Part shown: positions 18,413-28,408 of the stretch, in pieces
How the letters are laid out: the number at the start of each line of letters is the position of its first letter
How positions within the stretch are numbered: position 1 is the first letter of the stretch
DNA from: a virus
Direction: 5' to 3' (one strand)
DNA: 40,362 nt
IMG/VR virus record: IMGVR_UViG_3300015360_001583
Notes under the pieces: generated by a model
What the model was told of the DNA's origin: nothing
What the model saw: the letters and a program-made list of their open reading frames with translations, nothing else
The model's database searches: none
Translations under genes and position numbers: made by a program

Positions 18413-18628
18413 ATGGACGAAATTCAACTTGCTCTGCGAGAGCGTTATTCTGGCATACACCCACTGTTGTTCCATAGATGCTTGGAAAAAGCCAAGACGA
18501 ACGGTGAGTTGTTTGATTTGCTAGACTCAATGCCAGATGAATATCCCTTTGTTTGGGATGAAGAATCTCGGAAATGGGTCGTTACTGATTTGTTGCAAAG
18601 ACCAACCAAACCCAAGGAGAAATCATGA
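18413..18628 (+). CDS. small hypothetical protein
   Basis: 71-aa ORF whose stop overlaps the next start. Confidence 0.3.
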   Translation: MDEIQLALRERYSGIHPLLFHRCLEKAKTNGELFDLLDSMPDEYPFVWDEESRKWVVTDLLQRPTKPKEKS

Positions 18629-19194
18629 ATACAGTTGTGATGATCGCAGCGGCAACTCTGGGTCAGTTTTTCGATTGCCCCCCGCCGCCAATTTGTCAGG
18701 CACCAATAGTTTACAGTGCTCCAGCCGATTACGTGTTTATTGAGTTGGATGGGATGAACGAACGCACTAGAAGCTATGAACTTATCGAGTATGGAGAAAA
18801 GAAGTGGCGTGTTCCTGTAATCAATGGATATGTGCCAGATGTGTCTCGGTGCAAACTTAGTTCTGGCGGATACAAGATTCGTTACAACTATTCCAGCAGA
18901 ACTCCTCTGGAAGAATGTGTATTGTGCGAGAAACTTGTTCCTGCCAAATCTAATGTGCCTAGACAAACCAGAGGAGGGGCTTTGCCAAGAATTCCTCCAG
19001 AGCCAATGAAAACTCCAGCACCTGTTGAAGAGATCAATCCAGAGCCACGCAGAACTTTGGTAAAGCCAAGACTGGAACCGGAACGAGAACCTGAGCGAGA
19101 TCCTCCAAGGCTAAATTTGAAGAGGCCCTCTGAAGTCATAGAATCTGAAGATAACAGGGTCAATCCGAGCTATGGCAAGGAGAATCTCAGATGA
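18625..19194 (+). CDS. secreted hypothetical protein, Pro/Glu-rich C-terminus
   Basis: N-terminal hydrophobic segment MNTVVMIAAATLGQFF. C-terminal PEPERDPPR low-complexity region. Confidence 0.45.
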   Translation: MNTVVMIAAATLGQFFDCPPPPICQAPIVYSAPADYVFIELDGMNERTRSYELIEYGEKKWRVPVINGYVPDVSRCKLSSGGYKIRYNYSSRTPLEECVLCEKLVPAKSNVPRQTRGGALPRIPPEPMKTPAPVEEINPEPRRTLVKPRLEPEREPERDPPRLNLKRPSEVIESEDNRVNPSYGKENLR

Positions 19195-19772
19195 GACTTC
19201 ATGAGGAGTACATTCATCGGCACAACTTGCAAATTCCAGTTATTCGATATGACTCCAGATCGAATCTATTCCTGAAAACTAAAGATGCTCCATTTCGATG
19301 GAGCATCTTTAACATCATTTGGAGGCCCCAGTCTGGCAGGCCCGGTTTCTATGAATTTGCTCGAATGGAACCGATGCACAACGGCAATGGAACATTCCGC
19401 TGTTTTGAGAAAGACAGGTATGTCTATTGGGACCAATATGAATGTGAGATTGCAAAAGTTGTAAACGATTACAAAGATCAGAATTTTTTCCCTTTAGCAA
19501 GCAGACACAGAAGTTTGATGGCTTGGGAGATGTTTCTTTACATGTATGATGGCTGGCTGTCTGAAAGAATGGATGCCAGATTTTATCAGCAAGTAGAGCG
19601 TAGCACTATGGAAACACTTGACTTGAACACCAGATCTACAGCTTATAGGTCGGCAAACAGAATGCTCTCAGAATGCTTCGGTTCTGAGAAGGTGGTTCAG
19701 ACACTGAATTACCAGATCATGCCTATGATCAATGGTCACTCACAATGGTTGGAAAATTTGTTCAATGCCTAA
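19191..19772 (+). CDS. hypothetical protein
   Basis: 193-aa ORF in overlapping-stop/start arrangement. Confidence 0.45.
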   Translation: MRLHEEYIHRHNLQIPVIRYDSRSNLFLKTKDAPFRWSIFNIIWRPQSGRPGFYEFARMEPMHNGNGTFRCFEKDRYVYWDQYECEIAKVVNDYKDQNFFPLASRHRSLMAWEMFLYMYDGWLSERMDARFYQQVERSTMETLDLNTRSTAYRSANRMLSECFGSEKVVQTLNYQIMPMINGHSQWLENLFNA

Positions 19773-20841
19773 AAGCTTTTCTCCAGTAAGAATCCAGAAT
19801 CCAACTTCTCTCCAACAACTCGCAAAAGTTAGTCCGGGGCAGGAGATTTCTATGTATTTGGACGACGACATCTTCGGCGAACACGCAGTTGATGTTTCCA
19901 CAGAGTTGTTGACTGTTGAAGCTAAACCCCACAAGAATGGCAGACTCTACACAATCAAGCACTCCGACTTGATCCATGACTGGGCCGAATACTCATCGGC
20001 GATGCTTGGAGAGATCTGGATTGATGGCAAGAAAGCGATTGGCAAAGTTGGTGTTCTGTTAGAAACAACCAACTTAGAGAAAACCAACATCAAAACAGTC
20101 GTGAACCCAGATTGCATGGATCTGAGGATGTATCCATACAACATCTTTGAGGTAATTGTTTATGACAATAGATTTGGATATCACGACGAATGGACGTTTG
20201 AGTGGAAGTCGATAAAAGATGTTGGCGTGCAACAATTGGGATACGACCATCTCTGTCTTCATTCTTGGGAACACTACTATAACGGACTAGAACCTGCAAA
20301 TTATCTGTATGCAAGGTTGCCTAGAGGAGATGCTGAAAATGGCATGTTGACTCGGCAGCATCACTTCTGGTTTAGACTGGACAACAAAGCTTTTGCTCTG
20401 GTTGCAAAAGAAACTTCTATTGTTCATGTTGGCAATCTTGTGGTTAATGGCATCTCGAATCGTTACCAGTTGCAGTACGCAGATAAGATGAATTATCATT
20501 TGTCTGTGTATGTTGATTGCAGAAAGAAATGTTACAAGGAATTGCAAGACTCGATAAATATCAAATACAGAAATGATTGTGCTCCCAACAATTGTGGTGT
20601 GATTATTCACAAGCCAATTCCGAAGCCACCAGTTAAGGAGACATTGCCTGAAATTAGGGATGTTGATATAAGATTGGTAGAGGTTCCGGGGTACATTACA
20701 GGCTGCAAAACTTTGTCGGCCTTGAATGAATCTTACAGAGCATCCAATTGGGATGACTACGAGGACGATGTTGATTGTCCGCCGTTCCCACAGCAGTATC
20801 CACAGCGGCATCACACTCAATGGTGGAGGAAATGGAATTGA
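19732..20841 (+). CDS. hypothetical protein
   Basis: 369-aa ORF. Start uncertain; an alternative ATG lies at 19765. Confidence 0.45.
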   Translation: MVTHNGWKICSMPKSFSPVRIQNPTSLQQLAKVSPGQEISMYLDDDIFGEHAVDVSTELLTVEAKPHKNGRLYTIKHSDLIHDWAEYSSAMLGEIWIDGKKAIGKVGVLLETTNLEKTNIKTVVNPDCMDLRMYPYNIFEVIVYDNRFGYHDEWTFEWKSIKDVGVQQLGYDHLCLHSWEHYYNGLEPANYLYARLPRGDAENGMLTRQHHFWFRLDNKAFALVAKETSIVHVGNLVVNGISNRYQLQYADKMNYHLSVYVDCRKKCYKELQDSINIKYRNDCAPNNCGVIIHKPIPKPPVKETLPEIRDVDIRLVEVPGYITGCKTLSALNESYRASNWDDYEDDVDCPPFPQQYPQRHHTQWWRKWN

Positions 20842-21455
20842 TTCACCACATTAGCTTTAAGGACAAGAAGAACACGCCTTCAATGCACTTTGAGGTAAGT
20901 CATGGTTCTTTTGGTCTGGACGTTGAACCATACAGATTCGAAACTTGTCGTGAAAGATTCGGAAGGCAGTGGGACCAAGACACCAAAGGGTTTTATCTAA
21001 CCCATCCAATAAACAAAGGATATTCTGTTGCAACTTTCTTAAAGAAAACGGAGATTGTTCTTAAACAAACAGAATTTTCCGAGTATGCTTTGACCAATCG
21101 TGATACCATTCTGTGGATAGAACCCAGCAAATTTTGGATGTGTTGTCGGATGAGGCGATCACTCTTGACCATTTTGGTTCGTGCTGGTATTCTGTATGAT
21201 CCTAAACGTGACAACTATGAAGAGGCACTTTTTACAGAAAAATGGGCAAAGCCGACAAAGATGGCGGTGATGCGTTTTCTGTATGGATTCACCAAATACA
21301 TCGGTCCAACTATCGACGATCAACAAAGCATTGAAAGTCGTGGCTGGAAGTACGTTTTCGAAAATCACGACGAGCAATACACGAAGAATTGCTTAATCTG
21401 GCCGGAAGATAACGCCTACAAACCACAAGGCCCTCTCTCCGGCATTTGGATATGA
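20775..21455 (+). CDS. hypothetical protein
   Basis: 226-aa ORF. Start may be further downstream because of overlap with the preceding gene. Confidence 0.4.
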   Translation: MSAVPTAVSTAASHSMVEEMELIHHISFKDKKNTPSMHFEVSHGSFGLDVEPYRFETCRERFGRQWDQDTKGFYLTHPINKGYSVATFLKKTEIVLKQTEFSEYALTNRDTILWIEPSKFWMCCRMRRSLLTILVRAGILYDPKRDNYEEALFTEKWAKPTKMAVMRFLYGFTKYIGPTIDDQQSIESRGWKYVFENHDEQYTKNCLIWPEDNAYKPQGPLSGIWI

Positions 21456-21943
21456 GGAAGGAATCTCAGATGCTCAAGTCAGTAAAAGGCTGCATGTTCA
21501 TCAAGTGGTTACATTCGGGACTTTACAGAGATGCCGCTCTTTTAGAGTCCCACAGTTCCGAAAACTTTCTTAAAGAAAGAGACATTCGGGAGTTGATGCG
21601 TAAGAAGTATGGAATGGGTGGATTCGTTCTTACAGAAATCAACAAGCCGATTGGATACACGGTCTACGAGCACACCAATGGAGTGCTTGAGATCATTAAC
21701 TTGGTGGTTCACCAAGATTACCGCCGCCGTGGCATGGCCTCACTTTTGTTAGAGAAGCTTGCCACAAGAAGCCGTTGGTCATCCATGCAGGTCTGCGTGA
21801 GAGAATCCAATCTGGCCGCACACTTATTTTTCAAGAAGCAAGGATTCTTAGCCACTGGTGTAAAACGGCGGTACTTCGAGGATCATGTTTTTGGGGAAAT
21901 GAAGTTCGAAGATGCTTACCATTTCAGAAAGGAAAAAGCATGA
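21446..21943 (+). CDS. GNAT family N-acetyltransferase
   Basis: Motif A: IINLVVHQDYRRRGMASLLLEKL. Motif B: LFFKKQGF. Confidence 0.7.
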   Translation: MDMRKESQMLKSVKGCMFIKWLHSGLYRDAALLESHSSENFLKERDIRELMRKKYGMGGFVLTEINKPIGYTVYEHTNGVLEIINLVVHQDYRRRGMASLLLEKLATRSRWSSMQVCVRESNLAAHLFFKKQGFLATGVKRRYFEDHVFGEMKFEDAYHFRKEKA

Positions 21944-22722
21944 AAACATTGTTTTTAGCAGCATTTTTAGCAATCACATCGGTCGCCATGGCCGAAGAAC
22001 CGAGGATGGTTATTTCTGGCACGGGAACTGTAACCGCAGAACCAGATGAAGGATACATCACGATTGGAGTAGCCATCGTGAAACCAACATCTTCAGAAGC
22101 ATTGAAGGCAAACATCGAATCCATGCGTTTGCTGTATGGAAGACTGGATCATTTTGGTGTTGCCGCAAAAAACATCAAGACGATTGATTTCTCAGTCGGA
22201 GAACATTACTCCAACGTGGAAACTGGTGGAAAAGACAACAATGGTAATCCCATCTTTAAGACAGTCAAAGATGGATATGTTGTGTCAAATGTGATTCGAG
22301 TCACAGTCTGTGAACTTCCAAAGTTTGGAGACATTCTTGATGCTGTGGTCCAAGATGGTGCCACACAAGTTCAGAACATCAACTTCGGATCATCTAAGGC
22401 AGATGAAAATCTCGATGCGGCTCGTGCATTGGCAGTCAAGGATGCCTTGAAGAAAGCCAATACATTGTCCGAAGGTCTGGGAGTTGCTTTGGGACAGGTT
22501 GTATCTGTCTCAGAAGGTGGTGGAGTTCAGCCAAGAATAATGTATCGTGCCGCAGTAGCAGAGGCAGCACCGGGCGGATCTCCGATTTCTGGTGGAACTC
22601 TGACATTCAGTGTTTCCGTCAATGTTCAATGGGCATTAACTGCAAAGGTTGTTGATCCTATTGAACACAGAATCGAACCAAATCCTTTCAAGAAGAAATT
22701 GAAAATCGAAGTGGAGAAGTAA
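21940..22722 (+). CDS. SIMPL/DUF541-domain secreted protein (YggE-like)
   Basis: Signal peptide MKTLFLAAFLAITSVAMA. The segment VISGTGTVTAEPDEGYITIGV...ALKANIESM... and later AARALAVKDALKKANTLSEGLGVALGQVVSV fit the SIMPL domain pattern. Start trimmed to the ATG after AGGAAAAAG. Confidence 0.5.
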   Translation: MKTLFLAAFLAITSVAMAEEPRMVISGTGTVTAEPDEGYITIGVAIVKPTSSEALKANIESMRLLYGRLDHFGVAAKNIKTIDFSVGEHYSNVETGGKDNNGNPIFKTVKDGYVVSNVIRVTVCELPKFGDILDAVVQDGATQVQNINFGSSKADENLDAARALAVKDALKKANTLSEGLGVALGQVVSVSEGGGVQPRIMYRAAVAEAAPGGSPISGGTLTFSVSVNVQWALTAKVVDPIEHRIEPNPFKKKLKIEVEK

Positions 22723-22724
22723 AC

Positions 22725-23447
22725 ATGAGCAAGATTTTTTTCACAGCCGACACACATTTTGGTCACGGCAATATCATCAAGTATTGCAACCGACCATTTC
22801 TTACAGATGCCGATAAAAAGGCTTTGGCGGAGAATGGGGGATCATGGCATGACGGTACGTGGAAAGGCAATCGCTCAAGTGATTGGCGGATCACCAGAGA
22901 TGCCGTAGACATGATGAATGACGTATTCACCGACAATATCAACGCTATGGTTGGAGAAGACGACATTCTGTGGCATCTCGGTGATTTCGCTTTCGCCCAA
23001 CGTGAAAACTACGTCCGTAAATGTGAGTTCTATCGGAACCGCATTCACTGTAAGAACGTAAACATCATCTGGGGCAATCATGATGAACCACACATGATTA
23101 AGCATCTTTTCAAAGAGAGCCATTTCATGCACAGCATCTCTTTGCCACCAAGTCGCAACAAGATCATTCTGTGTCATTATGCGATGGCAGTGTGGGATGG
23201 GTCTCATCGTGGCAATTGGCAGTTGTATGGGCACTCTCACACAAACGCCGAACCATGGATGGACAAAAACATGCCCGGCAGAAAGAGCCTCGATGTAGGG
23301 GTGGATAACGCCAATAGGTTGCTTGGTTCTTACAGGCCATTCAGCCTTGAAGAATTGGAAAAGATGATGTCTAAGCGAGAAGGTTTCTCAATGGATCATC
23401 ATGTTCCTAGAAATAGTACCGCTCCAAGAGAGGAAGACTTGACATGA
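22725..23447 (+). CDS. calcineurin-like metallophosphoesterase
   Basis: Motifs DTHFGH, GDFAF and GNHD, plus a downstream HSH. Confidence 0.75.
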   Translation: MSKIFFTADTHFGHGNIIKYCNRPFLTDADKKALAENGGSWHDGTWKGNRSSDWRITRDAVDMMNDVFTDNINAMVGEDDILWHLGDFAFAQRENYVRKCEFYRNRIHCKNVNIIWGNHDEPHMIKHLFKESHFMHSISLPPSRNKIILCHYAMAVWDGSHRGNWQLYGHSHTNAEPWMDKNMPGRKSLDVGVDNANRLLGSYRPFSLEELEKMMSKREGFSMDHHVPRNSTAPREEDLT

Positions 23448-23755
23448 TCTTTTTGTTGATCGCCGCAGTCATGGGAGTTGTTGGTGGATTAGGCTGGAGT
23501 TTGCCAGCATTAGGCATTGCCTATCTGAAGAGCATGATGTTCCCAAAGAAGAAGTCATCAGGCACCGCAGAGATGGCCTTCTTGGCTGAATGGGTATTGC
23601 TTCAGGGAATCTTGGGCTGGATTACAATAATTGGATTCCCGGTAGCTTTCTTTTTTGTGGATGCAGTAATTGTGTTCCACTTCATGCTTTTGTATTTGTT
23701 CATATCATTACTCAGTGCAGTGTTGCTTTGGTCTTTCATGTTCTCTGATAAATGA
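23444..23755 (+). CDS. small multi-pass membrane protein
   Basis: Three hydrophobic helices (IFLLIAAVMGVVGGLGW; GILGWITIIGFPVAFFFV; FMLLYLFISLLSAVLLW). ATGA overlap with the upstream gene. Confidence 0.45.
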   Translation: MIFLLIAAVMGVVGGLGWSLPALGIAYLKSMMFPKKKSSGTAEMAFLAEWVLLQGILGWITIIGFPVAFFFVDAVIVFHFMLLYLFISLLSAVLLWSFMFSDK

Positions 23756-23811
23756 GATTGCGGTAACATCTTGTTTCTGATAGCATTCCTTTTCGTCAGG
23801 AAAGGAATCCT

Positions 23812-24294
23812 ATGATAGAAATTGAACTCACACCAGAGATGGTGAAAGATGCAAGAAAAGAAGCAGAAGAACTCGGAGTCTTAAAGAATTCCATTACCAA
23901 AGGCGTTGGTAACATCATTGGAATTCTCGGTGAGATGGCAGCAGCAAAGGCTACTGGCTCCACGAGAGCAAACACTAGAGATTACGATTTGCTCAGACCC
24001 AACGGTCAAACATCCGACGTGAAATCGAAGAAATGTTCAGGGCCACCAGAACCTCATTTTGAGTGTTCGGTGGCCGATTTCAATACAAGCCAGAAGTGTG
24101 ACTACTATGTATTTGTCAGAGTCCTCAATGACTTGAGCAAAGCGTGGGTCGTCGGCGAGCTTCCGAAGGCTGAGTATTTCGAGAAAGCCGTGTTCATCCA
24201 ACAGGGTCAGTTCGACCCGGCGAACAACTGGCGTTGCAAGGCCGATTGCTACAACGTCCCAATCAGCAACCTGAATGAAGTTCAGAAAGCCTGA
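23812..24294 (+). CDS. hypothetical protein (possible PD-(D/E)xK-like)
   Basis: 160-aa ORF. D-x-D...DVKSKK arrangement vaguely resembles a nuclease fold. Weak. Confidence 0.35.
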   Translation: MIEIELTPEMVKDARKEAEELGVLKNSITKGVGNIIGILGEMAAAKATGSTRANTRDYDLLRPNGQTSDVKSKKCSGPPEPHFECSVADFNTSQKCDYYVFVRVLNDLSKAWVVGELPKAEYFEKAVFIQQGQFDPANNWRCKADCYNVPISNLNEVQKA

Positions 24295-24321
24295 TTACAA
24301 TTTTTGGAGCTTTACAACCGA

Positions 24322-24351
24322 CGTTCCGTGCCTTACAATAATGTGGCACGG
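24322..24351 (+). terminator. hairpin (TTCCGTGCC...GGCACGGAA) after the 23812..24294 gene, weak T-tract
   Basis: 9-bp perfect inverted repeat with a 12-nt loop followed by TCAAATTTT. Terminator or regulatory stem upstream of infA. Confidence 0.3.
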
Positions 24352-24374
24352 AAGTCAAATTTTGGAGAGAAATC

Positions 24375-24626
24375 ATGGCCGATAAAGAAGAAGGAATCAT
24401 CGTTGAGGGCATTGTGTCCGAAAACCTCAAGAACGGGTTTAGGGTCAAATTGTGCCCACCAGAACCTGATTCACAGCCAAAAGATGATGCACAGATTGTG
24501 ATGGCTCACTTGGCTGGCAAGATGCGGATGAACAACATCAAGATCGTTCCGGGAGATCGTGTGAAGGTGGAACTGTCCCCTTACGATCTTTCACGAGGCA
24601 GAATCACGTACCGGATGAAGGGTTGA
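24375..24626 (+). CDS. infA: translation initiation factor IF-1 homologue (S1-like OB fold) with internal insertion
   Basis: Aligns with bacterial IF-1: [16 protein letters not shown]...[41 protein letters not shown] vs EGTV.E.LPNAMFRVEL...V.AHISGKMRKNYIRIL.GDKV.VEMTPYDLSKGRI.FR. Extra [13 protein letters not shown] loop. GGAG RBS. Confidence 0.75.
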   Translation: MADKEEGIIVEGIVSENLKNGFRVKLCPPEPDSQPKDDAQIVMAHLAGKMRMNNIKIVPGDRVKVELSPYDLSRGRITYRMKG

Positions 24627-26713
24627 GATCAATGATCACCATCGGTTCTCGTAGTTTCGACAGCGTTGATGAACTGGAAAAGCTGGTCATCCACGCCGCC
24701 ACAGAATACGAACTCAATGGCTACGTCGAAGACTTCGACGGAGTGGAAATCACCGACCCCGAATACGACGATCTCTTCCGAGAACTCAAATCTCTCAAGC
24801 CCACAAGCATTGCCTTCAAGGGGACCAGCCCCTCAGTAGCGAAAAGCAAGGGCAGCACGATTGTTCACAATCCTCCGATGACATCCATCGCCAAGGCCGA
24901 TGGCGAGTTGACTGAGAAGGAAGACATCTACAACAAGTGGATGGAAGATTGCAAGACTCGTCTTGGCAAAACCCCTACCTTCTCCCAATCTTACAAGCGT
25001 GACGGTGTTGCTCTTCGCATCAACTACATCGACGGCAAGATGGTCGGGGCTGGTCTTCGTCCTCGTGATGGGATCAATGGCTCCGATGTGACTCGTCACA
25101 TGAAGCATATTGCAGGCGTCCCATTGACACTGCCTCACCCATACACACTTTCTCTGAATGGAGAGATCGAATGTTGGTTTGAGGACTTCGCAATCGTCAA
25201 TGCCGAACGTGATGCGGCTGGCGAAGAACAATACAAGAATCCTCGAAACTATACGGCTGGCTGTCTTGGCCGTGATGACGCCGCTGAGACCAAGAACGCA
25301 CGTCTGCGAATCGCATTCTACAGCATCACCGGTTTCGATGATTGGCAGGATCACTACAAGACAGAAGTTGATCGTGCCAAGTGGGCCAACAGCCCAGAAG
25401 GTCTCAATCTGCTCGACGATGATGGCAAGGGCTACTTCGTTCGGATGTTGCTCCACACCAACCGCAAGCAGTTGCAGGTGATGGAAGATCATGCCAAGAA
25501 GTTGCCATACTACGTCGATGGTGTGGTTCTCAAGGTCAACGATCTCGAAGACCAAGAAGACCTCGGTCATACTGGCGATGATAAGGTCAATCCACCCCGT
25601 GGTGCCGTGGCGTGGAAATTCGCCGAAGAGACGGCGGAAGCTGAAGTCTCGTCCATTGAATGGAACGCATCACGTACAGGACGAGTTGTCCCCACGGCAA
25701 TCTTCGACAAACCGTTCATGCTGGCCGATACCGAGAACAGTCGAGCCACATGTAACAACTATGGCTGGATGGAAGATCGAGGTCTTGGCCCCGGTGCCAA
25801 GGTGAGGTGCAAAAAGGGCGGTAAGATCATTCCAAACATCATGGAAGTTCTGACGCCAGTCAAAGATATTGGTTCGCCGTCTAACTGCCCAAGCTGCAAT
25901 TCCACATTGGAAGTTATTTCCAGCAGTAGCGGCAATCGTGATCTGAAATGCACCAACGAAGATTGCGGTGCTAAGCACGTCAAAGGCTGGTTGTTCTATG
26001 TCACGAACATGGGTGGCAAGGGTCTTGGTGCGTCTGCGATGGAGAAGGTGCTTAACAGTGGCAAGGTCCATAGTCTGCCAGACTTGTACAAGCTGGAAGT
26101 CTCTGACCTGACGCCACATGGATTCTCTGAACGTCAAGCACTGTTGGCGTTGGCAGCGATCTGGCGTGTGAAGCCGGATAAGGATGCCAAGCTCAAGAAG
26201 GCACTTGAAGAGGCACAACAAACCAAGCAGAAGATTCCGGCATGGCAGTTCTTTGCCAGCTTGGGCATCTCTGGTGCTGGCAACTCTGCTGGCAAGGCAC
26301 TGGTCCAAGAACTTCAGACATGGGATGCAATTCGGACGGCAACCACCGACACGTTGCTGACTGTCAGCGGCATCGGCGAAACGACGGCCAAAGCAATCAC
26401 TGCCTTCTTCCAGAAACGTGGGCCAGTTGTCGATGAACTGGTGGACAAGTTCGTCGAACTGGAATTGCCCAAGTTCGGAAAGCTGACCGGTACAAATTTT
26501 GTACTCACTGGTAGTTTCACATTGGGCAAGACCCATTGGGAACATCAAATCCAAGAACTGGGCGGGAACATCCAGAGCAGCGTCGGTAAAGGCACACAGT
26601 ATCTGGTGCGTGAACACGGCAAGCCAGATGGTTCTCTCTCAGACAAGGAACAGAAGGCCGCAAATCTCGGCGTGAAGATTATCGGCGTGCCAGAACTGGA
26701 GAAACTGCTGTGA
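24623..26713 (+). CDS. ligA: NAD-dependent DNA ligase (LigA-type)
   Basis: Ia-domain-like N-terminus ([16 protein letters not shown]). Adenylation motif [11 protein letters not shown] (KxDG). Cys4 zinc finger CPSCNS...[10 protein letters not shown]. HhH region. C-terminal BRCT-like TNFVLTGSF...[14 protein letters not shown]. Confidence 0.85.
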   Translation: MRSMITIGSRSFDSVDELEKLVIHAATEYELNGYVEDFDGVEITDPEYDDLFRELKSLKPTSIAFKGTSPSVAKSKGSTIVHNPPMTSIAKADGELTEKEDIYNKWMEDCKTRLGKTPTFSQSYKRDGVALRINYIDGKMVGAGLRPRDGINGSDVTRHMKHIAGVPLTLPHPYTLSLNGEIECWFEDFAIVNAERDAAGEEQYKNPRNYTAGCLGRDDAAETKNARLRIAFYSITGFDDWQDHYKTEVDRAKWANSPEGLNLLDDDGKGYFVRMLLHTNRKQLQVMEDHAKKLPYYVDGVVLKVNDLEDQEDLGHTGDDKVNPPRGAVAWKFAEETAEAEVSSIEWNASRTGRVVPTAIFDKPFMLADTENSRATCNNYGWMEDRGLGPGAKVRCKKGGKIIPNIMEVLTPVKDIGSPSNCPSCNSTLEVISSSSGNRDLKCTNEDCGAKHVKGWLFYVTNMGGKGLGASAMEKVLNSGKVHSLPDLYKLEVSDLTPHGFSERQALLALAAIWRVKPDKDAKLKKALEEAQQTKQKIPAWQFFASLGISGAGNSAGKALVQELQTWDAIRTATTDTLLTVSGIGETTAKAITAFFQKRGPVVDELVDKFVELELPKFGKLTGTNFVLTGSFTLGKTHWEHQIQELGGNIQSSVGKGTQYLVREHGKPDGSLSDKEQKAANLGVKIIGVPELEKLL

Positions 26714-26940
26714 CAGCATCTGAATTGCAAGCAGGGAAGATCTATCTGTCTAAATTCGGCTGGTTCGGAGAGTTCTCCAGAATCGGCGGAACAGGGATGG
26801 GGATCTTCCATCCGCCCGGAGAACCAGACATGCAGTCTAGCTGGGCTACAGAGCCGGACGATATTGAACGAGAAGCAACTCCAGAAGAGTCCAAGGCATA
26901 CAAAAAAGAATGCAATGCCTACGACCCGGATGATGAATGA
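26710..26940 (+). CDS. small hypothetical protein
   Basis: 76-aa ORF coupled to the ligA stop. Confidence 0.3.
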   Translation: MTASELQAGKIYLSKFGWFGEFSRIGGTGMGIFHPPGEPDMQSSWATEPDDIEREATPEESKAYKKECNAYDPDDE

Positions 26941-27236
26941 TGAACATTGACGCAAGAATGATTGTGGCAACAGGATTCCCTCCCGACGAGGGAAAAAAGC
27001 TGGCTCAACATGTGTTGAAAGAGTGTCCTGAATTGCAAGATCTGGAGATCAATGTTTCTCGATGCCCGGCAGCATTGTTGATCGCCGCATTCTTTTCATC
27101 ATTTTTGCTGGAAATTCACGACAATCGGCCAGAATTGTTGGCTGACGCCAGAAACATCTCGTGGGTGGCAAAGCATCCTTTCCAGCAAGAGAACATCGCT
27201 CGTTGGATGAAAGACTTTGAATCGGAGCCAAAATGA
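26937..27236 (+). CDS. hypothetical protein
   Basis: 99-aa ORF in ATGA overlap with the previous one. Confidence 0.35.
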   Translation: MMNIDARMIVATGFPPDEGKKLAQHVLKECPELQDLEINVSRCPAALLIAAFFSSFLLEIHDNRPELLADARNISWVAKHPFQQENIARWMKDFESEPK

Positions 27237-27430
27237 AGCTGAAAGAGATTTTTGATTGGTTTGCAGATAGACCAATCCATTTCTGTGCCTTATCATTATC
27301 TGCGATGGCCATGTTTGTCTGCTTGACCGCTTGTGTGTTTTTCATCTCTTCGTGTGCTGCGAAGAGTGATGAACATTACTACAAGTACCGCACCGAGTCC
27401 AGCAAGGACTTCTGGCAACGAGATCGGTGA
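27233..27430 (+). CDS. small membrane protein
   Basis: Hydrophobic segment FCALSLSAMAMFVCLTACVFFISSCAA. Confidence 0.3.
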   Translation: MKLKEIFDWFADRPIHFCALSLSAMAMFVCLTACVFFISSCAAKSDEHYYKYRTESSKDFWQRDR

Positions 27431-27433
27431 TTT

Positions 27434-27664
27434 ATGGCTCGGAGATTGACAAAAGAAGCTCAAGCAGACAGTGATGATTTCAATCATCTGTACCGATTCG
27501 GCGGTTGCTCTTGTCACATCAATCCTCCCTGCGATCACTGTACACATCCCGGCAATCCTGTCGGGCAAGAAGAGTGTGATGAGTGTTGGGAAGAAGATGA
27601 AGAGTGCCGGTGCATCTCTTTGTTAAACGGACACGAAGCTGGATGTCCATACCACAGGGCATGA
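27434..27664 (+). CDS. small Cys-rich (zinc-binding-like) protein
   Basis: CSCH...CDHC...CDEC...CRC...GCPYH cysteine/histidine clusters. Confidence 0.35.
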   Translation: MARRLTKEAQADSDDFNHLYRFGGCSCHINPPCDHCTHPGNPVGQEECDECWEEDEECRCISLLNGHEAGCPYHRA

Positions 27665-27668
27665 AATC

Positions 27669-28403
27669 ATGTATGTTCTTCAACAGCGAGTCTCAATCAA
27701 GTCCACCGAAGAACTCGACACTCGTTACGATGGGCAAGAGGGGTGGATTCACAGGCATTGGGTCGCACATCCAGAATGGTGGACTGTGATCACGAGGGAT
27801 GGCAACACCTGCGTCTTCCATGAGTCACAACTGTCTCCGGTCGGCATTCAAGTCAAAGATTTACATCTTGAACAAGATGGATTCCGTCATTCATCAGAAG
27901 TTATCGGCGAGATGATTCAGTTCGTCCGTGATGGCGGCAGATTTGATTTGGAGACGCTCAAGAAACATGATCCAAATCGTGATAGTCTATTGGTGGCCAT
28001 CACGAAATTCGAGGACGGATCGCTCTACATTCGTGATGGTTTTCACAGAGTAATGGCTGTGTTTCTGGGCAGACCAGATGGTATGCTCTATGACAACGAG
28101 TATTTCGTTGAGGAACTCACATATCTCCGAATGTTGACGCCCAGATTGGATGTTCGATACTATACGCCATTCGATCCTCGTGTCGAGGTCAGGGCGTCCG
28201 ATTTCGGCAGCTTCCGTGATCAGGTTGATGAGTTGATCAAACAAAAGGGAGATCCTCTGGAATTCATCCGGGAAAATCGCCATGTTTATGTTCGACCAAA
28301 AATGCCACATCATGAGACTGTGCAAGTCTTTGCGGAGCAATGGTTGAAGAAAAATGAAATTTTCTTTGCAACAATTCCACCGCTCACGGACATAAGGAAG
28401 TAG
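27669..28403 (+). CDS. ParB/Srx-like nuclease-domain protein
   Basis: Segment LYIRDGFHRVMAVFLG matches the ParB N-terminal domain signature (..DG.HR..A). Confidence 0.4.
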   Translation: MYVLQQRVSIKSTEELDTRYDGQEGWIHRHWVAHPEWWTVITRDGNTCVFHESQLSPVGIQVKDLHLEQDGFRHSSEVIGEMIQFVRDGGRFDLETLKKHDPNRDSLLVAITKFEDGSLYIRDGFHRVMAVFLGRPDGMLYDNEYFVEELTYLRMLTPRLDVRYYTPFDPRVEVRASDFGSFRDQVDELIKQKGDPLEFIRENRHVYVRPKMPHHETVQVFAEQWLKKNEIFFATIPPLTDIRK

Positions 28404-28408
28404 AGACA

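Noticed and set aside
18150-18524. + strand poly-Pro ORF (124 aa)
   Set aside because: After the Pro tract it is Cys/Leu-rich and un-protein-like, with no RBS. The minus-strand Gly-rich reading is marginally more plausible, but neither is certain.
24833-26617. Long minus-strand ORFs (245 aa, 315 aa) inside ligA
   Set aside because: The + strand frame carries LigA motifs (KxDG, Zn finger, BRCT). The antisense ORFs are GC-composition artefacts.
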